From Candidatus Aminicenantales bacterium (GTDB taxonomy: Bacteria > Acidobacteriota > Aminicenantia > Aminicenantales > Saccharicenantaceae), in the NCBI GenBank assembly GCA_049512315.1, contig JBEKXF010000016.1, positions 1 through 64,000 of the forward strand: a stretch of DNA of 64,000 bases. Direction: 5' to 3'. Position 1 is the first letter of the stretch; each line of letters begins with the position of its first letter. The notes under the pieces were generated by a model. That model saw only the letters and a list, made by a program, of their open reading frames with translations. It was not told the origin of the DNA and did no database searches. This document shows, one piece after another, positions 19,909 to 30,577 of the stretch. A program made the translations under genes and the position numbers.

Positions 19909-21591
19909 CTAGACCTCGATCTCGCGGTACCGTTTTTCGGCGAATTTCAAAAGGGCCGCGCAGCCTAAGCCCGCGAGCGCCGTCAGGATCACGAAGAGCA
20001 GGCCCAGGACCGTCCCTCCCGAAAATCCCGCCTTGACCAGAAAGCGGATCATGAAAAATAGCCCCGTCACGATGCCGATGTCCGCACACATCGCCAGGAG
20101 AACATTCAGGTTCTGTTTGATCGCCTTCTGGGGGTTCGTCCAGTCGAGGAGAGGCCGGGCCAGGTCGATCATCATGCCCACGGCCGTGAGCAGGACGCCC
20201 GCGACGAGCGAGAGTCCGGCGGCCGCCGCCAGGTGCGCGGCTTTGAGGTGGAGAAGCCACGCGGCGACGGCGGAGGCCGTGACCGTGCCCAGAATGGCGA
20301 CCAGATAAGAGTGCAGGAATTTAGCCGCGACCTGATCGCGCGGCGCGACGGGGATGACCCGGGAGATCCAGAATTGCCCGCCTTCCCGCGACAGGGCGGA
20401 CGACGATGTCCCGTTCAGGCTGCCGCAGAGGATCATGAAGGCCGCCGACGCCAAGATGACGAAAAGCGGGTTCGCGGACGTCATGATCTTGAGAATGGCG
20501 CCGGCGTCCCCCCGACCCGACCCCGCCCTGGCCATCAGGATGAAGACGACCGGGACGATGACGACCACGAGGGTTCCATTCAGAAGGAAGATCGGGGTGC
20601 GGTTCATGATCCGCCATTCCCGGGCGAAGATCGCCCGCACGGGGTGACGGCCCGAAGAGACGCGCTGCGACATTTGCGCGCGGGACAGGGCCCTTTTCCG
20701 GCCCGAGACCTCGCCGAGGCCCACGAGTCCCCGGTAAAAGAGCTTCTCGGAAAGAATCAGGATAGCGGCGAAAAGGAGCAGCGACGTCCCGACGAAAAGG
20801 GCCAGGTTCAGGAGGCCGCCGGCCGAAAAGCCGTCGGCAATGGCTTTCGTCGCCCAGATGCTCGGCGGAAACCTCGCCCCGACACGGTTGAGCAGGCTGT
20901 CCGGCGAAGTAAAGAAGCTCGTCATCGCCCCCCCGTCGAGCCCGCCGTGGCCGGAACGGCCCAACAAGAACTGGAGGCCCATGCTCACGGTGATCAGGAC
21001 AACGCTGCCGACGAGGATCAGGGCATCTTTCTTCCGGCTAAGGTTGACGAAACGCATCAGGAGGACGACGAGAATCGAGACGACGGCCAGGGGGATGACC
21101 GGCAGGAAGAGATAGACGAGGACGCCGTTCGTCCAGTACGGCAGACCTCCGCGGGCCAGGACCCCGTAGCCGACGAGGACCGGCAGGACGATGACCATGA
21201 CCGTGAGATATTCATTGATCATGATCACGGCGAATTTCGAGGCCATGACCTCGAACGGCTTGAGCGGCAGGGGGATGAGGAACTCGAGGTCCCGCGAAAA
21301 ATAGAAGGCCGAGATCACGTAGTAGAGCCCGAAGAGCAGGATGAAAAGCTGGCCGCCCATGATGCCCAGGGTCAGGAGGGCGCGCTCCTGGCCAAGGGGC
21401 TTGAGGGCCAGGTAGATGTTCTGGACAAGGAGGACGAGGCCGTAGACCGAAGGCAAGACCGCGAGGAACGCGACACCGACGAGGGGGACGAGCCAGCGGT
21501 CCTTTTTCTCTTTGAACAGCCGGTAACGGAGGATGGACAGGCCAAAATTCGACTTCAGGCCGGCCCGGATGAGGGTCAGGAGTCGCTTCAT
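19909..21591 (-). CDS. ABC transporter permease (ABC-2-like)
   Basis: Many TM segments; ATGA overlap with ATPase stop; SRDLEFLIPLPL, SREG motifs. Confidence 0.85.
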   Translation of the reverse strand: MKRLLTLIRAGLKSNFGLSILRYRLFKEKKDRWLVPLVGVAFLAVLPSVYGLVLLVQNIYLALKPLGQERALLTLGIMGGQLFILLFGLYYVISAFYFSRDLEFLIPLPLKPFEVMASKFAVIMINEYLTVMVIVLPVLVGYGVLARGGLPYWTNGVLVYLFLPVIPLAVVSILVVLLMRFVNLSRKKDALILVGSVVLITVSMGLQFLLGRSGHGGLDGGAMTSFFTSPDSLLNRVGARFPPSIWATKAIADGFSAGGLLNLALFVGTSLLLFAAILILSEKLFYRGLVGLGEVSGRKRALSRAQMSQRVSSGRHPVRAIFAREWRIMNRTPIFLLNGTLVVVIVPVVFILMARAGSGRGDAGAILKIMTSANPLFVILASAAFMILCGSLNGTSSSALSREGGQFWISRVIPVAPRDQVAAKFLHSYLVAILGTVTASAVAAWLLHLKAAHLAAAAGLSLVAGVLLTAVGMMIDLARPLLDWTNPQKAIKQNLNVLLAMCADIGIVTGLFFMIRFLVKAGFSGGTVLGLLFVILTALAGLGCAALLKFAEKRYREIEV

Positions 21592-22313
21592 TTCTCGGTC
21601 AGCTCCAGGAAGATCGTCTCGAGGGACTGGCCCGACCTGTCGAGCCGTTTCAGCTCGTCCATCGTCCCGCAGGCGATGAGGCGGCCCTTGTTGATGATCC
21701 CGATCCGGTCGCAGAGCTTTTCGGCGACCTCCATGATATGGGTCGAGAAGAAAAGCGTCTTGCCCTGGTCGCAGTGCTCGCGCATGAGCTCCTTGAGGGA
21801 GTGGGCGGCCCTCGGGTCGAGCCCGACCAGAGGTTCGTCGAGGACCATAACCCGGGGCGCGGGGAGGAGGGCGGCGGTCAGGACGATCTTCTGCTTCATG
21901 CCGTGGGAGTAGCTCTGGATGGGATCCGTGACGGCCTGGCCGAGCTCGAAGATCTCGAGCCATTTCCCGATCCGGTCGAGGCGCTCGGCCTTCGGGACGC
22001 CGTAGACGTCGCCGATAAAGTTCAGGTACTCGAGGCCGGTCAGCCGTTCATAGACGGCGGGATAATCCGGGACGTAGGTCGTGATCTCCTTGCATCTCAG
22101 GCTCTCTTTCTGGGTGTCGAGGCCGTCGACGGCGATCGTCCCGGCGTCGGGTTTGAGCAGGCCGACGATCAGTTTGATCGTCGTCGTCTTGCCCGCGCCG
22201 TTGGGCCCGAGGAAGCCGAAGATCTCGCCGGACTTGACGGTCAGGGTCAAGTCGTCGACGGCCTTGATCCTGCCCTTGTTGTAACTCTTGGAAACATGGT
22301 TGAGTTCGATCAC
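21588..22313 (-). CDS. ABC transporter ATP-binding protein
   Basis: GPNGAGKTT, YSHGMKQK, LDEP, STH. Confidence 0.95.
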   Translation of the reverse strand: MIELNHVSKSYNKGRIKAVDDLTLTVKSGEIFGFLGPNGAGKTTTIKLIVGLLKPDAGTIAVDGLDTQKESLRCKEITTYVPDYPAVYERLTGLEYLNFIGDVYGVPKAERLDRIGKWLEIFELGQAVTDPIQSYSHGMKQKIVLTAALLPAPRVMVLDEPLVGLDPRAAHSLKELMREHCDQGKTLFFSTHIMEVAEKLCDRIGIINKGRLIACGTMDELKRLDRSGQSLETIFLELTEK

Positions 22314-22372
22314 GGGCCGCTCCTTCAGGAATTCTTATAACACAGATGGCAGGGGATGTTGATGGTTCGGCC

Positions 22373-22984
22373 TCACTTCGCCGGCTTCGGATAGCGGAAG
22401 CACGTGACGAGATGGTCGTTCACGATGCCCGTGGCCTGGAGATGCGAGTAGACGATCGTCGAACCGACGAATTTGAAGCCCCGGGCCTTGAGGTCTTTGC
22501 TGATGAGGTCGGAGAGGGGTGTTCGGGCGGGCATCTCGGAGAATGACTTCAAGCGGTTGACGACCGGCTTCCCGCCGACAAAGCCCCAGATGTAGCGGTC
22601 GAACGACCCGAACTCCTTCCGCACTTCGAGAAAGCGCTTGGCGTTGTTGATCGCCGCGAGGATCTTCTGCTTGTTCCGGATGATCCCGGCATCACCAAGC
22701 AGCCCCCGGACATCGCGCGCCATGTAGCGGGCCACTTTGACGGGATCGAAATCGTGGAAGGCCCTCCTGAAATTCTCCCGCTTGTAGAGGATCGTCCGCC
22801 AGCTCAGCCCGGCCTGCATCCCTTCGAGAATCAGGAACTCGAAGATCTTCCTGTCGTCGTGGAGCGGTCTCCCCCATTCCTGATCGTGATAGGCGGCCAT
22901 GCGCGGGTCGTCGCCGTCGCCCCAGCAGCGGGCCCATTTCTTTTTCGTTGTGCTTTTCTCTTTCAGTTTTATAGGCTCAGCCAT
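22373..22984 (-). CDS. tag: DNA-3-methyladenine glycosylase I
   Basis: RCW, YHDQEWG, LEGMQAGLSW, GIIRNKQKI, GFKFVG, VNDHLVTC. Confidence 0.95.
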   Translation of the reverse strand: MAEPIKLKEKSTTKKKWARCWGDGDDPRMAAYHDQEWGRPLHDDRKIFEFLILEGMQAGLSWRTILYKRENFRRAFHDFDPVKVARYMARDVRGLLGDAGIIRNKQKILAAINNAKRFLEVRKEFGSFDRYIWGFVGGKPVVNRLKSFSEMPARTPLSDLISKDLKARGFKFVGSTIVYSHLQATGIVNDHLVTCFRYPKPAK

Positions 22985-23135
22985 TCATGCCCTCGCCCCG
23001 CGCGGATGCCCGAGACGATTCTACCCGAATGCCGCGGGGAAAGGAAGAATGCGCCGACGGGAGTTCAGGACCCGGGCGAAGAAGAACTGGCCTTCGGCCC
23101 GCTTCCGGATATAAAATGAGCCCGAGGGGAAAGTC

Positions 23136-25166
23136 ATGGTCCGGAGGTTCGTTCCCGCCGCCTTATTCTCCAGCCTGCTCGCCATTCCCCTTCTCATCTT
23201 CCCCCTGCGTCTTCGAGGGGAAATACGGGACGTCCGGGTCAAGATCGTGGCCGATGAAGAGTGGCGGCACGACCCCGATTGGGTCCAAAAGGCCGAAGCC
23301 GGCCTGAGAGCGATATCGACCGACTTCGAGCGGTTGTTCGAAATCCGTCTCCTGCCCGGGAAGTTCGGATCGTGGGAGTCGGACGATTCCGTCGCCTCCA
23401 TGGAGAGGCTGGCGAACGACCTGGATTCCCGCTCCGACAAAGAGGACTGCGACATCCTCGTCGCCCTGACCGCCCAGCCTAACCTGAGCCATGGCCTCCT
23501 CGGCTATTCGCTCTTCAAGGAGGGCTTGGTCATGGTCCGGGCTGCAGACGACGCGACCTCGTTTGCCAGAACCATGAAACACGAAATCGGCCACGTTTTC
23601 GGGGCCGTGCACGTTTCCGACCCGGCCTCGATCATGGATGTCTTCCTCAAGGGGAAGGATTTCGACGACCTCAACCGGGAAGCGATCCGGCTCGTCCGGG
23701 GCCGCCTTTTCAATACCGTCGAATTCCCGATCCCCAAGCCGGTCCGCCCCGGGGCGATCGAACTCTACAGCCGGATCTGCGCCGTCATAGAATCCTCAGA
23801 ACGCCAGCGGAAACTGGGCTGGAGAGACCTCCCGGGAATCCGCGCATCCCTCGACGAAAACGGTCGGCGGAAAGCCCCTGAGCTCGGCGACGCCCATCTC
23901 CTCCTGGCCCAGATTTGCATCGAGGAAAAGCGTTATGACGAGGCCGCCCGGGCCTGCCTGGCGGGGCTGAAAATCAACCGCGGGAACCTCGAAGCCCAGA
24001 ACCTCCTCGGGATCATCGACCGGAAGCAGGGCCGGATCGACCAGGCCATCCGGAGGTACCAGGCCGTCCTCAAGGCCGATCCCGGGCATCCCCGGGTCCA
24101 CTACAACCTCGGCATCGCCTACGCCAGAAAAGGAGACCTCGAATCCGCCCGGGGGGCATACGAGAAGGCGGTCGAGCTCAAGCCCCGTTCCGCCGAAGCC
24201 CATAACAACCTGGGAGAAACGCTCCTCCGCCAGGGGAACATCGGTGAGGCGGAGAAGGAGCTGGGCTTGGCCGCTTCCCTGAACCCCCAGTTTGCCCTGG
24301 CCTTGGCCAATCTGGCCGACCTGGCCCTGAGAAAAGGGGATTTCGCGAAAGCCCGCGAGCTCCTCGACAGGGCCCTGAAGATCGATTCCGAGATCCCGAG
24401 CGCCTGGATCATCTCCGGCAACCTGGCTTTTCGGGAGGGCCGGCCGGCGGAGGCTGTTCAGCACTGCCTGAGGGCCCTCGCGATCGACCCGGATTACGAC
24501 AAGGGCTGGTTCAACCTGGGCGTCTTTCAGTTCGGGACGAATGAGCCCGCCTCAGCCAGGGCCAGTTTTGAAAAGGCTGTCGGCATCAATCCGTACTTCG
24601 CCGAGGCCCACGCCAGCCTCGGCTGCTGCCTGATCAAGCAAGGCATCGTCGACGACGGAGTCGCGGAGATCCTTGTCGCCCGGAAGCTCGGCTTCCACTC
24701 GGCCGTCACCCACCTCAACCTGAGCTTCGCCTACATCACGAAGAATAAGCTCGACGAAGCCATCGCCGAGGCCGAGCAGGCCATCGCTCTCGACGCTTCG
24801 CAGCCGATGGCCTACAACAACCTGGGGGTCGCTTTCACGAAAAAGGGGATGCTCCCCGAGGCCGAGCGGCAATTCGAGAAGGCCGTCCGGGCCGACCCCC
24901 GCTGCAGGGACGGCTGGCTCAACCTGGGGATTCTCTGTTACCAGACGGGAAGGGCCGACCTGGCCCTGGAGCACCTGCTGGAGGCTTTCATGCTCGGCCC
25001 GAAAGACGGGGCCCTCTGCAACAACATCGCAGTGCTCTATTTCCGGAGGGGAGAATTCCGGGCCGCCCTGGAATACGCCGAGAAAGCCGGGGCCGCGGGT
25101 TTCAAGGTCGACCCCGACTTCCTGGCCAGCATCAAAAAAAGGCTCAACGGACGCGACGGTACTTGA
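23136..25166 (+). CDS. Metzincin (M12-like) zinc metallopeptidase domain plus TPR array
   Basis: HEIGHVFGAVH (HExxHxxGxxH) and SIM Met-turn; more than 10 TPR-like repeats; N-terminal signal/TM. Confidence 0.85.
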   Translation: MVRRFVPAALFSSLLAIPLLIFPLRLRGEIRDVRVKIVADEEWRHDPDWVQKAEAGLRAISTDFERLFEIRLLPGKFGSWESDDSVASMERLANDLDSRSDKEDCDILVALTAQPNLSHGLLGYSLFKEGLVMVRAADDATSFARTMKHEIGHVFGAVHVSDPASIMDVFLKGKDFDDLNREAIRLVRGRLFNTVEFPIPKPVRPGAIELYSRICAVIESSERQRKLGWRDLPGIRASLDENGRRKAPELGDAHLLLAQICIEEKRYDEAARACLAGLKINRGNLEAQNLLGIIDRKQGRIDQAIRRYQAVLKADPGHPRVHYNLGIAYARKGDLESARGAYEKAVELKPRSAEAHNNLGETLLRQGNIGEAEKELGLAASLNPQFALALANLADLALRKGDFAKARELLDRALKIDSEIPSAWIISGNLAFREGRPAEAVQHCLRALAIDPDYDKGWFNLGVFQFGTNEPASARASFEKAVGINPYFAEAHASLGCCLIKQGIVDDGVAEILVARKLGFHSAVTHLNLSFAYITKNKLDEAIAEAEQAIALDASQPMAYNNLGVAFTKKGMLPEAERQFEKAVRADPRCRDGWLNLGILCYQTGRADLALEHLLEAFMLGPKDGALCNNIAVLYFRRGEFRAALEYAEKAGAAGFKVDPDFLASIKKRLNGRDGT

Positions 25167-27174
25167 TAAGGAGTGAGCCGGGCGATTCGGGGATCTTGAT
25201 CGAGAGCCCGGCGGCGAGCTCGCGTCCGCTCTTGACGAGCGCCAGGCCGTAATCCTCATAGCTCACTTCGTAATCGGCGCCAAGTTCGAGCCCGCCAAGC
25301 TTGACAGTGATCGACGCTTCGGGCGCCAGCGGCCGCCGGAAGGCCAGGACGATTCCGTCGCGCTCCTCGGGCCGGTCCCATTGGAAAGCCGCCCAGGCCT
25401 CGTCGGAGGTCGAATATTCCGTCAGCGGGTAATAGTCGCCGTAGAGATAGGCGCGCAGGGCCCGGAACTCGGCGACATCCTCGATGGCCAGGGCCGTATT
25501 GAAGGTCCCGGTGAGCTCCCAGCCCATGACTACGGCGCCGCCCATCGAGCTCCGGAAATAATATTTCTGGGGGTTGTTGTTGCCGGTCCCGCTCGCGGGC
25601 AGGAAGAAATGGAGGCCGTAGGTGTGGCACTGGTAGCCGCTCGGCTCGTAGTACTGGTAGTCGGTCCGCCAGAGGGGAATGCTCCGGCCGATCGTCTCGA
25701 GGTCGATGCGCCGACCGCCCGAGGCGCAGTTGTCGATGAGCAGCCCGGGGTTGCGCGCGAGGAGCGCGTCCCAATAGGCGTAGAGCCCCTCGGTGTGCTT
25801 CATCTCGGCGATGCCGACGCGGTCCGGCGCGTCCATGGCTTTCCAGTAGGGTGCGGGGTCGAAGTTGAAATCCTGCCGGTAGATCGTCACGCCCTCGTCC
25901 CGGATGAAGTTCGAGATGTGGTCGGTGAGCCAGGCCAGGGCCTTCGGGTTGCCCAGGTCGAGCAGGCGGTTGCGGTCCCCGGGGAGTTTCGTCAGCCAGT
26001 CGGCATGTTCGCGGTCGAGGCGCGTCCCCTCGTAGACGCGCTCGGGCTCGAACCAGACGACGAACCCCTGGCCGTACTTTTTCGCCGCCTCCGTCACGGG
26101 CTTGAGGCCGCGGGGGAAGTTGGCCTTGTTGACGACCCAGTTGCCGACGCCCTGCCACCAGTTCCGGGTGGCGTTCTCGTACCAGCCGGCGTCGATCCAG
26201 CAGGCGTCAGGGACGATGCCGAACTGGTGGAGCCGGTCGATCATCCCGATGGCGTAGCTTTCCGTGGCGCAGACGTATTCGTTGCATGGGAACGGTCCCC
26301 CGAAGCCGACGCCGTGGTTGATGGGCAGGGGGATGGGCTTTCCTTGGACCTGGGGCGTGTGGTGGGCCAGGACGAAACGCCGGAAGAGGTTGTGGCCGGA
26401 CATGCGGTCGGCGCCCTTCCAGAAAAGGAGGGCGGCCGAAGGCGTCCGGACTTCCTCGCCGGGATGAAGCTTGAAATGGGTGGCAGCCATCCCGGCCGTG
26501 AGGTCGAGCGCGCGAGGGTTCCTGCGGCCGATGACGGCCTGCCAGCTCCCGCTCCAGCCGATGGCGACGACGATGCCGCGGCCGGCCGAGGCGATGTTGA
26601 AGAACGGCAGGGCGTTCGTATCGGAGGAGCGTCCGCCCGCGGGGCCGAAGCGGACCACCGCCTTCTCGGCAAGAGTATCCGTGACCGGGGCGAAATCGGT
26701 GCGCTCGGCGTTGCTGCCCAGGGCGCGATAGAGCATGACGGGACCGGGCCCGGCGGCGAATTCGGGGAACGAAACGGCGCAGGCCTGGACGTTCTCGATG
26801 ATCGGCGTGTCGGCCGCGCCTTCGTTCTTGAGCCGGACGACCCACTCGATAACCGGATAATCATGGAAGATCGTGTAGACGACCGTGACCCGAAACCCGG
26901 TCGAAGGGTCGGAATAGACGGCGGTTCTGACCGTCTTGGCGCCCTCCGCCTTCTCATCCAAGGTCACTTTCCATTTTCCGACGAGCCCGGACAAGGCCTT
27001 GCCGCCGTAGACAAACGCGAAGGGCGGGGCCACCGTCTTTCCCGCGTGGGACCCGACGAAAGCGTCGAGGCTCGCCCGGTCGTGGGAGGCCGCGGCGTCC
27101 CACCCGGCCAGATCGCTCGATGAAACGGCGGCCGAAACGATCACCGCGATAAAACTTATCCAGACCCGCTTCAT
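25144..27174 (-). CDS. Alpha-galactosidase-like glycoside hydrolase (GH36)
   Basis: WIDAGW, FPRGLKP, WFEPE, RQDFN, IDNCASGGRRIDLE; signal peptide. Confidence 0.85.
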   Translation of the reverse strand: MKRVWISFIAVIVSAAVSSSDLAGWDAAASHDRASLDAFVGSHAGKTVAPPFAFVYGGKALSGLVGKWKVTLDEKAEGAKTVRTAVYSDPSTGFRVTVVYTIFHDYPVIEWVVRLKNEGAADTPIIENVQACAVSFPEFAAGPGPVMLYRALGSNAERTDFAPVTDTLAEKAVVRFGPAGGRSSDTNALPFFNIASAGRGIVVAIGWSGSWQAVIGRRNPRALDLTAGMAATHFKLHPGEEVRTPSAALLFWKGADRMSGHNLFRRFVLAHHTPQVQGKPIPLPINHGVGFGGPFPCNEYVCATESYAIGMIDRLHQFGIVPDACWIDAGWYENATRNWWQGVGNWVVNKANFPRGLKPVTEAAKKYGQGFVVWFEPERVYEGTRLDREHADWLTKLPGDRNRLLDLGNPKALAWLTDHISNFIRDEGVTIYRQDFNFDPAPYWKAMDAPDRVGIAEMKHTEGLYAYWDALLARNPGLLIDNCASGGRRIDLETIGRSIPLWRTDYQYYEPSGYQCHTYGLHFFLPASGTGNNNPQKYYFRSSMGGAVVMGWELTGTFNTALAIEDVAEFRALRAYLYGDYYPLTEYSTSDEAWAAFQWDRPEERDGIVLAFRRPLAPEASITVKLGGLELGADYEVSYEDYGLALVKSGRELAAGLSIKIPESPGSLLIKYRRVR

Positions 27175-27201
27175 ACTCCTTCTCCTCCGCTCAATTCCTC
27201 T

Positions 27202-28869
27202 TTATTTTACTGAAGATTTCTCGCCCGGATCGCGGTGAACAGGTCCCGTAGCCGGGATTTCCGCCGTCGCCAGAAAGCGCGGCGCCTTCCGCATCTGAAG
27301 CGTCCGTTCGAGGCCGTAAGCCAGCCTGATGAGCACGGGCTCGCTCCAGGCCCTCCCGATGAACGAGATCCCCACCGGCAGGCCATGGATCCAGCCGGCC
27401 GGCAGGGTGATGGTGGGGTAACCCGCCACGGCCGCCAGCGAGGAGCTGCTCCCCGAGGACGAGTCGCCGTTGATGAGGTCGGTCAGATGGGCGGGGCCGT
27501 CGGTCAGGACGACGAGCGCGTCGAGCTTGTGTTTGGCCATCACCGCGTCGATACCCTTCGTCCGCATGAGGTCGTGGTCCTTCGTCAGGGCGTTGCGGTA
27601 GGCCTTGTCCGTCAGGGGGCCCTTTTTCGCCGCCGCCTCGAGGATCTCCTGGCCGAAAAACGGCATCTCCCGGTCCGCGTTCTTCAGGTCGAAGGCGATG
27701 AGGTCCGGCAGGCCTCGGATGGCGGCGCCCGGCCTGGCCGCGAGATAGGCCTCAAGGTCGGCCTTGAACTCGTAGAGAAGGACCTGGTACTCAGAGCCGT
27801 CGGTCTTGCCGAGCGTCGGGAATTCGACGGGATCGATGACCTCGGCCCCCTCCCTCTTCATCGCCTCGACCGCGCTCTGCAGGACGGGGTCGAGCTTCCT
27901 CGCGAAATTGAAGGAATCCGAGCGCAGGACGCCGATCCGGGCCCCGCGGAGTCCGTCCGGTTTGAGGAACTCCCGATAGTCCGTCAGGAAGCGGCCCTTG
28001 CTGCCCTTGGTCGCGGCGTCGGCCGGGTCGGGCCCGGTCATCGCTCCGAGGAGCGTCGCGGCGTCGGCGACCGTCCGGGCCATGGGCCCCGCCGTATCCT
28101 GGGAGTGGGCGATCGGGATGATGCCCGAGCGGCTGACCAGCCCGACCGTCGGCTTGATCCCGACGATGCCGCAGGCCGATGACGGCGAAACGATCGAGCC
28201 GTCGGTCTCGGTGCCCACCCCGGCGGCCGCCAAGCTGGCCGCCACGGCCGCGGCCGAGCCCGAGCTCGACCCGGAGGGGTTCCGGTCCAGGGCGTAAGGG
28301 TTTCGTGTCTGGCCGCCGCGGCCGCTCCAGCCGCTCGTCGACCGGGACGACCGGAAGTTCGCCCACTCGCTGAGGTTCGTCTTGCCGATGATCACGGCGC
28401 CGGCGGCCCGGAGGCGCGCGACGACGAACGCGTCACGGACGGGCTTTGATCCGAGGAGGGCAAGAGAGCCGGCGGTCGTCTCCATGTTGTCGGCCGTATC
28501 GATATTGTCCTTGATGAGGATCGGGATGCCGTGGAGCGGCCCCCGCGGGCCTTTGTCCCGGCGCTCGCGGTCGAGCTCGCGGGCGATGGCCAGGGCGGCG
28601 GGGTTCGTTTGGATGACGGCGTTCAACTGCGGCCTGCCGCGGTCGATCTCGTCGATCCGTTTCAGGTAAAGGGAGACCAGGCTTTCCGAAGTCGCCGCCC
28701 CGGCAGTCATCATCTCCTGGAGGCCGGAGATAGTCGCCTCCTCGAGCGGGAACTTGACGGGGCCCGCCTTCTCGGGCGGCTGTTTGGTCCCGGGCGAACA
28801 GGTCACACCCAGCATCGCCACGAGAATGGCCGCCACCGGCAGGATCCAGGCTCTCGTGAATCTCAACAT
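27202..28869 (-). CDS. Amidase-signature family enzyme (secreted/lipoprotein)
   Basis: LHGIPILIKDN, GKTNLSEW, SGSSSGS, GTETDGSI. Confidence 0.93.
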   Translation of the reverse strand: MLRFTRAWILPVAAILVAMLGVTCSPGTKQPPEKAGPVKFPLEEATISGLQEMMTAGAATSESLVSLYLKRIDEIDRGRPQLNAVIQTNPAALAIARELDRERRDKGPRGPLHGIPILIKDNIDTADNMETTAGSLALLGSKPVRDAFVVARLRAAGAVIIGKTNLSEWANFRSSRSTSGWSGRGGQTRNPYALDRNPSGSSSGSAAAVAASLAAAGVGTETDGSIVSPSSACGIVGIKPTVGLVSRSGIIPIAHSQDTAGPMARTVADAATLLGAMTGPDPADAATKGSKGRFLTDYREFLKPDGLRGARIGVLRSDSFNFARKLDPVLQSAVEAMKREGAEVIDPVEFPTLGKTDGSEYQVLLYEFKADLEAYLAARPGAAIRGLPDLIAFDLKNADREMPFFGQEILEAAAKKGPLTDKAYRNALTKDHDLMRTKGIDAVMAKHKLDALVVLTDGPAHLTDLINGDSSSGSSSSLAAVAGYPTITLPAGWIHGLPVGISFIGRAWSEPVLIRLAYGLERTLQMRKAPRFLATAEIPATGPVHRDPGEKSSVK

Positions 28870-29080
28870 CGCGTCACTCCTTTAACGGACCGAAGTGGAT
28901 CCCCGGAAGCTCCGTCCGGGTCCCGCCTTTCTTTCCCGCTCAACATACCTCAAAACGGCGCCGGGCTCAATTGCTTCCCGGGCTTCTACAAGCCGTCGGC
29001 CGGGGGTGGTCGACAGGGAAATGTCCCTCGATGCGAAGGCCAACCGCGTCGCCATCCATTCGAGGAAATAGGCCGCCGCG

Positions 29081-30577
29081 CTATTTGTACGGCGCGATGT
29101 GCAGGAGCTCGGGCAGGGTCACGAACCGGTACCCCTCGTCTTTGAGCTCGGCGATGATGACCGGAAGGGCCTTGACCGTGTTGCTCCGGTCGATCCCGTG
29201 AATCACGTCTTTCCCGTCGTGAAGGTCGATAATGCCTCCGGGCCGGGCTTTGGCGATGATCCTCCTGACGATCTCGTCGGGGGGCGTTTTCAAGTTGTAA
29301 TCGTTGGTCATGTCGGTCCACGTGATGACGCTATAGTGGAGCTCTTTCAGGTCCTTCACGAACCACGGAGTCCTCAGGCCGTGAGGGGGGCGGAAAAGGT
29401 CCGTCCGGAGGCCGGTCAGCCCGAAGATGACTTTTTCCGTCCGGTCAATGTCCTTCTTGACCCCGATGATGCCCTCGAACGGCAGCCGGTAGGAATGACT
29501 GTAAGTGTGGTTGCCGACGATGTGGCCGTCCCGGACGATCTCCTTGATAGTCTCCGGATAGGCCTCCGCGTTCTCCCCGATCACGAAGAACGTCGCCTTG
29601 ATCCCGTTATGATCCAGGATGTCAAGGACTTCGGACGTGTAAGGCTCGTTGGGCCCGTCGTCGAAGGTCAGGGCGATCACTTTTTCGCCGTTTTTCGGCC
29701 CGCCCGTCAAGACCTTTCCATAAGTCTGGGCTGAAGGGTTGAACGCCAGATAGGCGGCCCCAGCCAAGAGGCACAGTAGGACCAGGATAAGAAGAATACT
29801 CACTGTCCCCCGGCGCACAAAGTGCTTGGGAGGCCGTCGGCGCTCGGCCCACCGGCCGTCGGTCACGACCAGCCGGATGAAGGTCCAGGCGATCATCCCG
29901 GCCGTGCGGAGCGATCCCCCTCTCTCGAATCTGCGGGGAGACGACTCGACCACGATCTTTTTCTCGAACTTGACCCGGCCGACCTTGCGGAGCCGGAGGG
30001 AAAGCTCCGTGTCATCACCGTAGAACTGGATATTCCTGTTGAATCCCCCGGCCTTGATCAACGCATTCCTGCGGACGGCAAAGTTCGCTCCCCAGAGGCT
30101 CCCGGTCTTCCCGCAAACAAGCCTCAGGGCCTTGTCGCCGAAGAGGGTCAGGGCGTTCGACCAGCGATGGAGGTTCCCCTGCCAGTTCCGGCCCTTGGAG
30201 AACGAGACGCCGCCGCTGACGGCCGCCGCCCGGGGATTCCTGTCAAGGGTATCCCACAGGCGCTCCAGCCAGTCGGGCGGGACGCGGGTGTCCGCGTCCA
30301 CATAGGCCAGGACCTCACTCCGGGACGCCTCGAGCCCCTTCTGGCGAGCCCAGGTGACCCCCTGGTGCGGTTCGGTCACGACGCGGGCCCCCATCTCGCG
30401 GGCCAGGTCCGCGGTTCTGTCCCGGCTGCCGTTGTCAACGACGATAATCTCATAGGGCAGGAAAAAGGTCTGGTGTTTCAGGCTTTCGAGACAGGAGGGG
30501 AGGAGCTGTTCCTCATTCCGCGCCGGCACGACCACGGAGATCTTGACGGATTCGCCGCATGAGTCCGCATCATTCAT
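29081..30577 (-). CDS. GT2 glycosyltransferase fused to NodB-type polysaccharide deacetylase
   Basis: VVVPARNEE, VVDNGSRD, VDAD; TM helix; then LTFDDGP, NHTYSH, FRPPHG, LHDG. Confidence 0.9.
   Translation of the reverse strand: MNDADSCGESVKISVVVPARNEEQLLPSCLESLKHQTFFLPYEIIVVDNGSRDRTADLAREMGARVVTEPHQGVTWARQKGLEASRSEVLAYVDADTRVPPDWLERLWDTLDRNPRAAAVSGGVSFSKGRNWQGNLHRWSNALTLFGDKALRLVCGKTGSLWGANFAVRRNALIKAGGFNRNIQFYGDDTELSLRLRKVGRVKFEKKIVVESSPRRFERGGSLRTAGMIAWTFIRLVVTDGRWAERRRPPKHFVRRGTVSILLILVLLCLLAGAAYLAFNPSAQTYGKVLTGGPKNGEKVIALTFDDGPNEPYTSEVLDILDHNGIKATFFVIGENAEAYPETIKEIVRDGHIVGNHTYSHSYRLPFEGIIGVKKDIDRTEKVIFGLTGLRTDLFRPPHGLRTPWFVKDLKELHYSVITWTDMTNDYNLKTPPDEIVRRIIAKARPGGIIDLHDGKDVIHGIDRSNTVKALPVIIAELKDEGYRFVTLPELLHIAPYK

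Noticed and set aside
19909..21963. Long N-terminal extensions in the ORF track (19909-21963, 38488-40089, 11814, 2185, 54997)
   Set aside because: They overlap upstream genes or repeats; downstream starts have RBSs and family-typical N-termini
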